Shown here piece after piece: positions 21,301 to 30,525 of a DNA stretch of 38,553 nucleotides. The number at the start of each line of letters is the position of its first letter. Position 1 is the first letter of the stretch. The DNA lies in assembly GCA_004524535.1 (NCBI GenBank), contig SDNY01000022.1:1-38553 (forward strand), written 5' to 3'. A program made the translations under genes and the position numbers. Origin of the DNA: Promethearchaeota archaeon (GTDB taxonomy: Archaea; Asgardarchaeota; Lokiarchaeia; Sigyniarchaeales; SOKP01). Below the pieces are notes generated by a model, which did no database searches, had not been told where the DNA came from, and saw only the letters and a program-made list of their open reading frames with translations.

Positions 21301-21351
21301 ATTGGTCCAGTTATTATTAAAACTATTAAACTTTTTAAAATTAGATATTAA
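18310..21351 (+). CDS. Glycoside hydrolase, GH106 (alpha-L-rhamnosidase-like)
   Basis: FKSPPKYARPLVRWWW, WPAGG, IFTDSLE, FEKRRGYNLRP, GINQMIYHG and C-terminal PSGLIGPV. Likely start is ATG 18310 (the TTG at 18277 overlaps the PUA gene). No signal peptide. Confidence 0.85.
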   Translation: MSFNLKEVDWSEFKSPPKYARPLVRWWWTGLDVEKEELINEVKELDEAGFLGAEIQAFMIGSPMDLEKKDKERAARSHRFMQPYYYEMVKAVLDEASKRGMIMDLTIGSAWPAGGTHISNEDSMKVLMVGQQIIEGPLEYSDKIPEYTRPPKRGLGLIEDIEEGIKLEAVVAFKPINQVDKPGKIAYRKFKTTNIDRDSIIDLTDKVDDDLYLNWNIPEGIWQILSFYSGPSGIHPLADSRSEPGKGSLVLDHLSSKSIKKHMDLHLGEGKKYFENHFGTTLRAIFTDSLELASSWLWTEDLLNQFEKRRGYNLRPFLPICFAPYRDNKYLQAFFGSGGDMPLFDFQGTIGEKIRYDYEKTISDLFSEEFVKTMTIWDENNKLKNRIQAYGIRADTLKTYGIAHIPETENLYAGGAIDFLKFAGSAAILYNKPLITAESIVWNQRDYMTTPLKWKVCADRLFSSGINQMIYHGFPYQNKQFPYPGFCGFSTPYLPKMANFSSNFSRMNPFWDFFPIMNNYITRCQYILQRGKPVSNIAIYYSVFNYCDAVLKKEELMVGYLDEFDAPLTESAALSSRKKKLDPNDKWTLKLLELTDNLSANGFFYTHINEESVLNASNNLIAGCGDFDILIFPNIEKISLDIARKLKEINNSGIPIIFVGTLPDGQPGFLNFEKNDKEIKKIINELIENRKAFLIESNQNISQFLIQKLKINPELMFDQEQPTINYILKKSEGADYYFLRHSLNKPKKVNIRFPATDKIPFILDPWSGNICQAAQYKKEGNSIEMDLWFNAYGSIIIEFKKTEEKLHIIESKLKSERINGELVCYGDTPGKFIIKLSNGDEKVIEINDEYLISIPLNKWHLKTNIRDHLGNISSIEKSLEELKDWREIPELKYCSSKGLYTTKFTIEENNIQNNLKFLLSLGRVHDVAVVKINGSITDPLLVYPYEIDITPHIKSGENEIEIEITPTLRNRLNGYGEKGGKNWKNHKNRKEFMPSGLIGPVIIKTIKLFKIRY

Positions 21352-21393
21352 AATAGTATTTTTTAAATGAAAGTTAAGAAAATTCTTTTTTTC

Positions 21394-21467
21394 CAAAAAT
21401 TTCTGGAAAAGTAGTTAAAAATTTGCATACAATTCAGGATTCTGTGTGGAAATTGATCTCAAAATAG
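21394..21467 (+). repeat. Orphan alternative 3' end of the PUA gene (21394-21451 copies 18217-18274, then runs to its own stop)
   Basis: 58-bp direct repeat at offset 3177 with 5 mismatches; encodes SGKVVKNLHTIQDSVWKLISK* versus SGKVVKNLHTIQDSVWNFEKNFK*. Confidence 0.9.
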
Positions 21468-21504
21468 TCTTAATTATAGATAAATTAATTCTTTTTAATT
21501 GGTT

Positions 21505-22012
21505 TAGTCTCGATGGAGATCAAGGTGCGATAATCTCATGGTATAATGCGACTGCAAGTGATATGGATATCATGGTAAATCGTATTGATAAGAATGGAAA
21601 CGTCCTATGGGGTAAAAACGGTACGGAGGTGTCTAATCCTGCAGGAAACGACAATCAGCGCTACGTTGATTATAATACCTATAAGGATCAATATATGTAT
21701 CAAATGTGCAGCGATGGTAAAGGGGGAGCAATCATGGCTTGGACAGATGACAGAGCTTCTGGTGTTACTGATGATGATATCTACGCAGCAAAAGTTCTAT
21801 TTCCTCTACAAAGAGCGCCAGGTTATGTCCCTCCAGGTGATGATGACGATGATGATGATGATGATGATGATGATGAGGATACGGGAATGGTGGTTGTCGT
21901 TGTGGTTATAATAGTTATTGCGAGTGTGGCTGGTGGATTAGTCGTTATTTATGTATTAATTCAAAAAGAGATAATTGACATTTCCAAGCTGAAAGCTAAA
22001 CTTAAAAGATGA
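21505..22012 (+). pseudogene. C-terminal remnant of a surface protein (DGxGGAIIxW repeats, poly-Asp, TM anchor)
   Basis: Begins mid-repeat with no signal peptide. The called GTG start (21446) lies inside the orphan PUA copy. Ends PPG-D14-E..Val/Ile TM..basic tail. The 5' boundary is approximate. Confidence 0.7.
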
Positions 22013-22173
22013 CAAATATAAATTAATTAATCTATTTTTTTTTTTACTTTTACTTTTTCTTTAAGAAATGAGTTTAATAGTTTCTAAAAAATTTCTTAAT
22101 AAAACGGAAAGAACAAGGATAAAAGAAAACATTTAAAAAATTAAGGAGCTAATTCTCTCTAAATTAGAGAATT

Positions 22174-22518
22174 TTATGCACGAATTCTAATTTGATTCGG
22201 TTCAACTATAATAATTTTTCCGATAACATCTTTCAGATTATAACCAATCATGAAATCCTCAAATAGAGTTTTAACTGCTTTTTTCCCCTGAGTTTTTGGT
22301 CTTAATACAATTATTCCATAAAATGGATCTGTAATATTGATAAAATCCGTGTCTAAGGTAATCAATATTTGCTTATTATCGAAACATTTGTGATTTAAAC
22401 TTTTATCATCAATACCTGTTAACTTTTCATGAAAAACAGAATCTACTTTATAATTCCCTTTTTTTTCAATGATATTTTTCAAAATAAAAGGAGTATTTTC
22501 ATCTAATTTAAATCTCAC
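22174..22518 (-). CDS. DUF5615/VapC45-like PIN toxin
   Basis: MRFKLDEN, G.DD, ILITLDTDF and GIIVLR. Confidence 0.88.
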   Translation of the reverse strand: MRFKLDENTPFILKNIIEKKGNYKVDSVFHEKLTGIDDKSLNHKCFDNKQILITLDTDFINITDPFYGIIVLRPKTQGKKAVKTLFEDFMIGYNLKDVIGKIIIVEPNQIRIRA

Positions 22519-22768
22519 TTGCTTGACCTCGGGAATTAGTTAGAGGTAGAACTTCTTCTCTTGCTAACATTGCCCCATATTGTAATGCCGCTAAAATGTG
22601 TTCCTTCTTAAGTGATGGATATTCTTTTAATATTTCATTTTCTTCCATCCCTTCAGCTAAACAATCTAATATAACAGAAACTAACACTCTAGTATCTTTT
22701 ATACATGCTTTTCCATGACAAACTTTTGGATCGAACGTAATATATTCTTTCCAACTTATTTTATCCAT
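22508..22768 (-). CDS. DUF433 (VapB45-like) antitoxin
   Basis: ITFDPKVCHGKACIKDTRVLVSVILDCLAEG...EILKEYPSL; overlaps the toxin start; likely start ATG 22768. Confidence 0.92.
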   Translation of the reverse strand: MDKISWKEYITFDPKVCHGKACIKDTRVLVSVILDCLAEGMEENEILKEYPSLKKEHILAALQYGAMLAREEVLPLTNSRGQASEI

Positions 22769-22833
22769 ATGGATAATAATAAAATTCAAAGATATTAATT
22801 TTTGCTATTTTAAGCTGAAAAAATGAAAATAAA

Positions 22834-23091
22834 TTAAAGAGCTAATGCTTCTCTTAAATCATCAATCAGTTCTAATTTATCGCTTTCAGTTAATTGTTTG
22901 ACATTATCACTTTTTCGATAAAATGAGTCCTTAAGATAATCTTCAAACAAAGCTATAACAACAACGAGGGCGTTTTGGACAAAATCAACATCATGTTCTT
23001 CTTTCAACTTATTCATTAAATCAATAAGAAAGCGATCTTTAAATAATTCTGTTTGGAAATTCGAAAAATCGTTTAAATGAATAATAATGAT
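22834..23091 (-). CDS. Hypothetical small helical protein, paralog of 23346-23645
   Basis: Frame is open to 23091. LMNKLKE..VQNALVVVIALFED aligns with LMNILKE..IKNALILLLSIFED. Confidence 0.6.
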   Translation of the reverse strand: MIIIHLNDFSNFQTELFKDRFLIDLMNKLKEEHDVDFVQNALVVVIALFEDYLKDSFYRKSDNVKQLTESDKLELIDDLREALAL

Positions 23092-23129
23092 TTAATTTTA
23101 AAGAGATATAGTTAATTTTTTGTATTGAA

Positions 23130-23295
23130 TTATTTAGTTATTTTTTCTTTCCTCGTTTTATATTCAGGACAGATCATAAAATTAGGAGATTTATAACATA
23201 CATAATGAATCTATTTTGTGTAAAGAGCATTTTTCGAAAAAAGCGCATTTTAATCCAAGATTTTCGTCTAAACTTGTCCCAGTACTCATCATCAT
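23130..23295 (-). pseudogene. Small 4-Cys protein gene frameshifted by a 4-nt tandem duplication
   Basis: Removing one ATGT copy (about 23196-23203) gives MMMSTGTSLDENLGLKCAFFEKCSLHKIDSLCYKSPNFMICPEYKTRKEKITK*. Confidence 0.55.
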
Positions 23296-23345
23296 CTCTC
23301 TAATTTTTATAATTTTGACTTTTCTTTTTTTCCGAAATGTGTAAT

Positions 23346-23645
23346 TTAAGTTATAATCTCTGATTTTAATATATTAATTAAGAGCTCCTTTTCCTGTTTA
23401 GAGGATTCATCCAAGTCTACGTTTTTTAAATCAACTGAGGCTTTATAAACATCTTCAAATATAGATAATAATAAAATTAGGGCATTTTTAATGATTAATT
23501 TAAAATTTTCTTTCTCCGATTCTTTTAAAATATTCATTAGTTCTATAATTTTATGGCATTCCCATATAAATCTATTATTATTATCATTTAAAATATCAAA
23601 TGCCTGTTCCATAATTTCAGAATAAAAGATAACTTCCCAATCCAT
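23346..23645 (-). CDS. Hypothetical small helical protein
   Basis: 99-aa ORF with a nearby paralog. Confidence 0.7.
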   Translation of the reverse strand: MDWEVIFYSEIMEQAFDILNDNNNRFIWECHKIIELMNILKESEKENFKLIIKNALILLLSIFEDVYKASVDLKNVDLDESSKQEKELLINILKSEIIT

Positions 23646-24078
23646 AAAAATGCCCTAAAATCCTTAACCCTTCTACTTTTATGTATAATAAAATTATATT
23701 ATACAATACTATTAAAAAAGCTTAAAAAAACCTTATTATGTTCTTTTATTACGAAAAAAGAATATTTTATAGAGTAATATAAAGCAATGGAAATTGACCC
23801 CAAGTAAATTATTTGTAGTATTAACTTAAAACAATTTTACTTGGTTATTTATAAATAAAATCTGCGTTTTTTAGATTATGATAAGGCAGAGTAATATGAA
23901 TAAATTTGTGTGTGTGGAATTATTAAATTTGTATTGTGTAATCTGGATAATACACTATTCTATATTCTGAAATTTATTTGTATTACTTAGATCTTACTGC
24001 AAGGGTCATAATTGAATATATCAAGATGACTCTCAGAAAATATATAAAAATAAAAATTAGGTGGTGTTTGTTATTTCG

Positions 24079-24372
24079 ATGTACAGAAGTTTTCTACTAA
24101 AAAATAATTTTTGGGCCAAGAAAGGTAATGAAAAGAATCCTGACTCAGAGAAGGTATTTATTAAACATGATGAGTTAGGGGGAGTTTATGCGATTATTCA
24201 AAAAGGTGAAAAAAAGGGAGTTAAAATTATTACGGATGGGGAAGCGAAGTTTTTTGATAATTTTGATAAACTTGATACATTTTTGAATAGCCTAAAACAA
24301 AGACAAGACAATTTTGTTAAAATTCTAAAGAGAAGAAGTATTTCGCATAAACTGAGAACTCTCGATATCTAA
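24079..24372 (+). CDS. Hypothetical protein
   Basis: ATG 24079 preceded by AGGTGGTG; plausible composition. Confidence 0.6.
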   Translation: MYRSFLLKNNFWAKKGNEKNPDSEKVFIKHDELGGVYAIIQKGEKKGVKIITDGEAKFFDNFDKLDTFLNSLKQRQDNFVKILKRRSISHKLRTLDI

Positions 24373-24407
24373 AAAGGATTTTTTTTCTTATTATATTGAA
24401 AGGATAA

Positions 24408-24469
24408 GGAAGAACCAACGCTTCAGCGGTGGACGGAGGTAAATGGATTCAACGTAGGATCCATGTCAA
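24408..24469 (+). mobile_element. Possible isolated IS200/IS605(IS607)-type end remnant
   Basis: GC-rich double hairpin (ccaacgct-tc-agcggtgg; atggattc-aacgta-ggatccat) ending in ATGTCAA, in AT-rich intergenic DNA. Confidence 0.4.
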
Positions 24470-24484
24470 TTAGTACAATTCTTT

Positions 24485-25846
24485 TCATTGATTAGATTTA
24501 GTTTTTTTTAAAATTTCAGCTCGTTCATCTAAAATTTTTTTAATTGCATTCTTATCTTCACCATACCATCTTAAAGCTAAAAACCACAGCAGAATTCCAG
24601 GAATTATTAAAAGAGAAACTATTACAACGGTTAATTGATAATTTAAACTGGTCATAGTTAAAATAATTCCGACAATCAGAGGTCCTGCGCCAAAACCGAA
24701 ATTTTCTAAAAGTTGATTCCAGGAAGTAATTTTCCCTTGGGCTTCAGGAAGGTTTATTTCTTGGAGAAGAGGAGCTTGATTAACCATATATAGTGAAGAT
24801 ATTATGCTAGAAGTAAAAAATAATGCCCCCCAGATCCATATCATTGGTATCGAGAATAGATATGGAATATCCCGCCCTTGTTCTACTGTTAAATGTGGCA
24901 AAGGAATAAAAAACAGAAGAATAAAAGTAATAACATTCACGCTAAGAGCTATAATTATAAAATAGATTCTACTTATAGGATGGGTTTTAGCAACTTTATC
25001 CGAGAACCTAGCAAGAAATAATTGACCAATTAATCCCCCAGTTAAACTAAATACAATTAAAAAGATACCAGTAAAAACGGGAGAAAGATTATGGGGTTCA
25101 GTTTGTATAAAAGGTAAAATTAATAAATATAGGCTACCCATTAGAATATTTGTTGAAATACCTTCAATTAGCGCAACAATATTAGTTTTACTTAACATGG
25201 TTTTTTTCATCATTTTGCGATCAATTTGGAATTCATATTCAATAGAATCATCTTTAAGAAGCTCATTAAGTTGTTCTTCTTGGCTCCCTCTTTTAGGCTC
25301 TTTAATGTGAATAAAAAAGAAAAAACCAGCAACTATTATCGACAACCCAATCCACCAGAAATAAAGCCTCCAATATCCATATTGAACAAAAGCAGAAGCT
25401 ATTAAAAACCCAAATGTAGTAAATAAACCCATTATAATCCCCAGAATCCCAAAAAAGCGGGAACGATAATCCTTTGGAACGATATCGTTTGAGAGGGAAA
25501 CGATAGAAGGCCAAGAACCTCCCGTAAAAAAAGCAAAAATAATGATATATAATAAGAAATACCACCATGTTTCCATACCTTTCCCCTCATCCACAAATCC
25601 AATCAAGAACATACTAATTCCTCTAAAAATCGAAATTGCAAAAATTATCTTAGTTCTTCTAAATTTATCGATATAGAATCCAAAAAAAATCCCTGCCGCT
25701 GCCGATACCCAAAATAATACAGTAATTAAAATTCCCATTTCTAGCGCATGATATGGATCATTGGGCCATATTATAAATGATAATGGGACAACAAGAACAA
25801 TTAATCCTCCAAAAGCTAAACTTTGAAAACCGCCTAAGAGGAACAA
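24485..25846 (-). CDS. MFS transporter
   Basis: About 12 TM segments; GFYIDKFRR motif A, VPKDYRSRFFG and EPKRG. Frame is open upstream, so the true start may be near ATA 25891. Confidence 0.92.
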   Translation of the reverse strand: MFLLGGFQSLAFGGLIVLVVPLSFIIWPNDPYHALEMGILITVLFWVSAAAGIFFGFYIDKFRRTKIIFAISIFRGISMFLIGFVDEGKGMETWWYFLLYIIIFAFFTGGSWPSIVSLSNDIVPKDYRSRFFGILGIIMGLFTTFGFLIASAFVQYGYWRLYFWWIGLSIIVAGFFFFIHIKEPKRGSQEEQLNELLKDDSIEYEFQIDRKMMKKTMLSKTNIVALIEGISTNILMGSLYLLILPFIQTEPHNLSPVFTGIFLIVFSLTGGLIGQLFLARFSDKVAKTHPISRIYFIIIALSVNVITFILLFFIPLPHLTVEQGRDIPYLFSIPMIWIWGALFFTSSIISSLYMVNQAPLLQEINLPEAQGKITSWNQLLENFGFGAGPLIVGIILTMTSLNYQLTVVIVSLLIIPGILLWFLALRWYGEDKNAIKKILDERAEILKKTKSNQ

Positions 25847-26257
25847 TGACCAAAAGTGACGATTTATAGAAAATTTTGACTCATTTGTTATTAGAAAGCA
25901 CCTTTTATTTATGGAGAATTTTTTTATCGTGTTTTGAAAATGAGATCTAAGATTTTAATATAATGAAATAACAATTCTGTACTTTTGTCTACTGAAATTG
26001 CCAATGCAATTTTCTGTTATTAAATTTTTACGCAAATTTTAATATAATTCTGAACGTTTTTAGTGATAATATTTATAAAAAGAAATATGACCTATGATAT
26101 CTTTAACTTTAAAAGCTCTTTTCATATTTTTTTTATTAATATTATTAATACTTTATTACTTCGGATTATCTTTTTATATAACATTATAATTTTTCTTATA
26201 AATACATATTTGATTAAAAGATATCTCTTGCTATAGAGTGGTAGAACATTCTTAGGT

Positions 26258-27049
26258 TTGAAAATGAATGACCAAAAAATAATTAAAAAATTACGGGAAC
26301 GCTCGTTTCGTGGTGTAATTTTTGATTTTGATGGAACACTGTTGGATGTTATGGAACCGCTTAAAAGATCAATTGAAGAAGTTTACACTGAAAAGAACAT
26401 CCAAGCAGACATGGAACTTACAATACAAGAAATTGGAACTACATTGGAATCAATCCAGGGATATCCTATACCTAAAATACTACTCCAATCATATGAAATT
26501 TTCAAGGCCATCTCTAGTTTGAGCCATTTAAGATATCTCAAAAAATTGCGTATTGCAATGAAAATCTTTGGAAAATACCAGGAATATTCAAAAGAAGCAT
26601 CGATATTTCCTGGCTCAAAAGAACTAATTTCTTTTCTTAAAAAAGATTGCGTTCTTTTTATTGTATCTCACAATCAAACAAGAAGTGTTATAGAATCAAT
26701 AGAAAAGGAGGGGCTTGAAAAATATTTTGAAGATTTTTATGGGGCCGATAAACTTCCCGCTCTAAAACCACACCCAGACGCTTTTCTCCCTGTTTTAGAG
26801 AAATATAAAAAGATTAAAGGATCTGAGTGGTTATTATTTGGAGATATGCCCACTGATATTGAAGCTGGTAAAGAAGCTGGATTGTGTACTGTAGGAATAG
26901 CAAGTGGGATTAGTAAAAAAGAAGTCTTAGCTGAGTTCCGGCCAGATTTATTGGTCAATTCAATAACAGAATTATTAGAGCTCCTTGGTATTAAAAATGG
27001 TCATAGTTCAAATTCTAATGTTCAAACATCATTAAAAATTAAATCTTAG
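26258..27049 (+). CDS. HAD-superfamily phosphatase
   Basis: DFDGTLLD, IVSH, KPHPD and GDMPTDIEAGKEAG. Confidence 0.93.
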   Translation: MKMNDQKIIKKLRERSFRGVIFDFDGTLLDVMEPLKRSIEEVYTEKNIQADMELTIQEIGTTLESIQGYPIPKILLQSYEIFKAISSLSHLRYLKKLRIAMKIFGKYQEYSKEASIFPGSKELISFLKKDCVLFIVSHNQTRSVIESIEKEGLEKYFEDFYGADKLPALKPHPDAFLPVLEKYKKIKGSEWLLFGDMPTDIEAGKEAGLCTVGIASGISKKEVLAEFRPDLLVNSITELLELLGIKNGHSSNSNVQTSLKIKS

Positions 27050-27062
27050 GAGGTTAAAATAA

Positions 27063-28715
27063 ATGGAAATTCCTAAAACTGATTTAAAAGAAGCACAAAA
27101 ACAAATAAAAAAAGAAAAAGTAAATTTGGAAATTGAAGAGAAAGATCAAGATTTATATGAGAAACCTCATGAAAAATTGCTATATAAAATATTAAAACAT
27201 AACCCTATCGATTATATAAATAATATATTACGTTCTATCTGCGATAAGTTCACAATACAAGATGAAGTTGACGAATTCCAATGGTGGCTTGCTTATGCTT
27301 TTTGGTGTAAATCATCGATGCGTCTCTTCTGGAACTATCGCACAGAAGGTCCCGTGGCTCCCGAGCATGGTGGTGCGGTAATAGTATCAAATCATAATTC
27401 TCATTTAGATCCATTCTTCGTTGGTGGATCAGTCAATAGACCAATTAGATGGATGTCTAAAAAAGAAAATTTTAAAACGCCTATAGTAACTACTCTTTTC
27501 AAAAATTTAGGTGCTTTCGAGCTTGATCGTGATAATCCAGATGAGGGGATGGATAAGGCGAGGGAATTACTTAAAGATGGAGAGTATGTAGGTATATTCC
27601 CTGAAGGAACTCGAGCTGAGAACGGAGAGATGGGAGAATTTCGTACTGGAGCAGTTAGACTTGCAATTGAAACGGGTGTACCAATATTACCATGCGTAGT
27701 TTTAGGATCTCGCGATGCACTTCCAAAAGGCAAGTTAGTGATGAGACCAACTAAAGTAACTTGTCGGCGCGGAGAACCAATTTATTATGAGGATTATTAT
27801 GGAAAGGAAATATCTTATCCCGAAATCAAAAGACTAACTGACGAATTACGAGAGGTTATAATCGACTTATATGAAGGCAATAATGAGGAATCAAAAGAAT
27901 TATCGATTGGATATCCTAAAGATATGGAAGATAAACCCAAATCAAGTGGATTTAAAGGAATCCTTAAAAATATACAACATCATATTTTATGGAGTGTCGA
28001 TGATTTTTGGTATGCACTTCTTAAAAGTCTAGATATGATCGGAGCACGAGACGCATTTACAAAACCAATATATGGCTTGACAGGCGTGTTATTAACTGCT
28101 TATACTGATTTAATTAATCCAATTAAAGTCATAGATTTTGATAAACATATCCCTGAAGAAGGTGGAGCGCTTATTGCATGTGGTCATAGCTCAGAGTGGG
28201 ATGTATTAATGCTTCCTTTAGCCATATGGCAAAATGGAAGTCGACAATTATATCAAATGGCAAAAGAATCTTTATTCAAAATACCAATCGTAAACGCTTG
28301 GGTAAGAACACATCACGCATTTCCATTAAGAAGAGGGGACCATGATATAAGCTCATTCAATACTGGCAAAGATCGATTAGAAGAGGGTCAGCTTGTTGTT
28401 GTTTATCCTGAGGGAACAACCAATCTAGGAGGGGGAGAACTATTAGAAGGTCATACAGGAGCAATTCGCTTGGCGATCGAAGCAAAAGTACCTATTATCC
28501 CCGTTGGAGTAACTGGTACCGAAAATATATATCCAAAACATGCAAAAATGCTCAATTTTGGAAAGGGATGTATATTTAAGGCTGGAAAGCCTTTTATGGA
28601 GCATTCACAATATTTCGATAAACCAATGCCAAAATATGACGAGCTTAGAAGATTAACTAATATCTTGATGGAGAGAATTAAGGATCTAATGTTTTATAAT
28701 AACCCTAATGTTTAA
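27063..28715 (+). CDS. Tandem two-domain PlsC-like glycerolipid acyltransferase
   Basis: Domain 1 NHNSHLD...FPEGTR; domain 2 GHSSEWD...YPEGTT; both keep HX4D. Confidence 0.93.
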   Translation: MEIPKTDLKEAQKQIKKEKVNLEIEEKDQDLYEKPHEKLLYKILKHNPIDYINNILRSICDKFTIQDEVDEFQWWLAYAFWCKSSMRLFWNYRTEGPVAPEHGGAVIVSNHNSHLDPFFVGGSVNRPIRWMSKKENFKTPIVTTLFKNLGAFELDRDNPDEGMDKARELLKDGEYVGIFPEGTRAENGEMGEFRTGAVRLAIETGVPILPCVVLGSRDALPKGKLVMRPTKVTCRRGEPIYYEDYYGKEISYPEIKRLTDELREVIIDLYEGNNEESKELSIGYPKDMEDKPKSSGFKGILKNIQHHILWSVDDFWYALLKSLDMIGARDAFTKPIYGLTGVLLTAYTDLINPIKVIDFDKHIPEEGGALIACGHSSEWDVLMLPLAIWQNGSRQLYQMAKESLFKIPIVNAWVRTHHAFPLRRGDHDISSFNTGKDRLEEGQLVVVYPEGTTNLGGGELLEGHTGAIRLAIEAKVPIIPVGVTGTENIYPKHAKMLNFGKGCIFKAGKPFMEHSQYFDKPMPKYDELRRLTNILMERIKDLMFYNNPNV

Positions 28716-28717
28716 AA

Positions 28718-29743
28718 ATGAGAGTAGGTATCCCCCGAGCACTTCACTATTACAAATTCTTCCCTTTTTGGAAAAAATTATTTGATGAATTGAATGTCGA
28801 AATAATCCTTAGTTCACCAACTAATAAAAAAATAGTAGAAGTTGGAGTAATGCATGGATTTGGAGAATTATGTCTCCCTGTGAAAGTTTATTACGGCCAC
28901 GCTCTCCAATTAATAAATGAACATCCTGAGTTAGACTTTCTATTTGTTCCGAGATATGTTTCTGAGTTAAAGGAATCCTTCTGGTGTCCAAAATGGATAT
29001 CTCTTCCGGATGTTATTAAAATTCTGCCAAACTGCCCAAAATTATTAAATTTTGAAGTAAATGTGAAAGAATTTCCGATTGCCACAGCAGTAATAGAACT
29101 TGGTAAGCAATTAGGGAAAAGTCAGTCTGCTTCATTAGGGGCATATAAAAAAGCCCAAAAATATTATGATGAGTATTTAGAATTTTTAAGGAAAGGAGTT
29201 TCTGTCATTCATGCGTTAAGGCTAGTGTTAAGAGACGCCCCTTTCAAAGTGCCAAAAAGAAAAAGTAAGGGTTCTATTAAATTCCTATTATTAGGGCATG
29301 CTTATAATCTCTTTGATACTTATATAAATTTAGATTTCGCAAAAAAATTGAATGATCAAGATGTTGAGGTTATCACGATTGAAAATATGCCCGAGCACAT
29401 TTTTAAAGACCCCGTAATTGTCAATAAGAAGCTTCTAAATTATTGGCGTCATGAAGAAGAAATAATGCAGGCTATTAGATATTTTTTAACTAAAGGGCGT
29501 AATGAAATCGATGGAGTAATCTTTCTCATAAGCTTCGCTTGTGGTCCGGATAGCCTTATATCAGAATTAATAATGCACGACATGAAAGCTGTAGGAATTC
29601 CTTATCTCGCAATAATAATCGATGAGCATTCTAGTGATTCTGGACTTTTGACACGCGTAGAATCCTTTACCGATATGATTAAAAGGAAAATACAAAAACA
29701 AGAATTAAAAATAAAACAGGAACCAAAATTAAAAATAACTTAA
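28718..29743 (+). CDS. DUF2229 / acyl-CoA dehydratase-activase-associated subunit (PlsA/PlsR-like module)
   Basis: MRVGIPRAL, CLPVKVYYGH, CPKW, LLGHAYN, SFACGPDS and IDEHS...GLLTRVESF. Confidence 0.85.
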   Translation: MRVGIPRALHYYKFFPFWKKLFDELNVEIILSSPTNKKIVEVGVMHGFGELCLPVKVYYGHALQLINEHPELDFLFVPRYVSELKESFWCPKWISLPDVIKILPNCPKLLNFEVNVKEFPIATAVIELGKQLGKSQSASLGAYKKAQKYYDEYLEFLRKGVSVIHALRLVLRDAPFKVPKRKSKGSIKFLLLGHAYNLFDTYINLDFAKKLNDQDVEVITIENMPEHIFKDPVIVNKKLLNYWRHEEEIMQAIRYFLTKGRNEIDGVIFLISFACGPDSLISELIMHDMKAVGIPYLAIIIDEHSSDSGLLTRVESFTDMIKRKIQKQELKIKQEPKLKIT

Positions 29744-29947
29744 GATAATATCAGAAAAATCAATTTCTATAAGCAAAATTTTTTAAATCTTTTATTTTTA
29801 ACATTTCTTTAATTTTCTCATTGGAAGGCATATTAATATCTAAGAAATAGGCTTCGTAAATATTTTAAAATCTGATATGTCTAAATCATGTAAAAGAAGC
29901 GTCCAAAGATAGGAGTTATCTTTGGCATTAAAAAAAAAACTAAGAGC

Positions 29948-30127
29948 TTATTTTTTCGTGAGATCTATTATCTCATTCTTTAGATTGGAATAAAAATCCG
30001 CTAATTTACCATCATAATCAACATTTTCTAAATCTTTCAATAATACTTCTACAGCTTCTTTTGATTTTAAAACGAGGTCGTCATTAGTAGAAACGATATA
30101 GAAATCTTTTGGTTCTAGAACGAAAAG
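29948..30127 (-). pseudogene. 3' remnant of an unidentified gene
   Basis: 59 sense codons with protein-like composition (FVLEPKDFYIVSTNDDLVL...IIDLTKK*) and no start codon. Confidence 0.45.
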
Positions 30128-30282
30128 TCAGAGTAAATATTTAAATTGAAATATTTCCTTTCTCTCTATTATATTAATGAGTTTAACTTTATGTTTGAAG
30201 TAAATTCAGATCAAAAATATTGTATAAAGATTTAATCTACTTCTTATAAAAAAATAAATATCCAAATTACTTTTAATTATAT

Positions 30283-30525
30283 ATGACACATCGAACGATA
30301 GATTTACCTGAACAAATTTATAAAGAATTGATGAAATTAAAACAAAAAAATGAGACCGTTTCCGAGGTAATTTCTCGTTTGATTAAAAAGGAAAAACCTA
30401 TAAAATCAATTAAAAAATTCGCAGGTATTTTTCAAAATTTTTCCGAAGAATGGGAATCTATTGAAAGAGCTCTTTATAAAGATCGTTTAAGGCAAACGAA
30501 CGAAAGAACACTTAATTTTGAATAA
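30283..30525 (+). CDS. vapB: VapB-family antitoxin (DUF217-like)
   Basis: RTIDLPEQIYKELMKLKQKNETVSEVISRLI...KFAG; overlaps the downstream PIN gene. Confidence 0.85.
   Translation: MTHRTIDLPEQIYKELMKLKQKNETVSEVISRLIKKEKPIKSIKKFAGIFQNFSEEWESIERALYKDRLRQTNERTLNFE

Noticed and set aside
21446-21504. N-terminus of the 188-aa ORF as a real start or signal peptide
   Set aside because: The GTG lies within the orphan PUA 3' copy in another frame, and the following sequence is AT-rich and intergenic-like.
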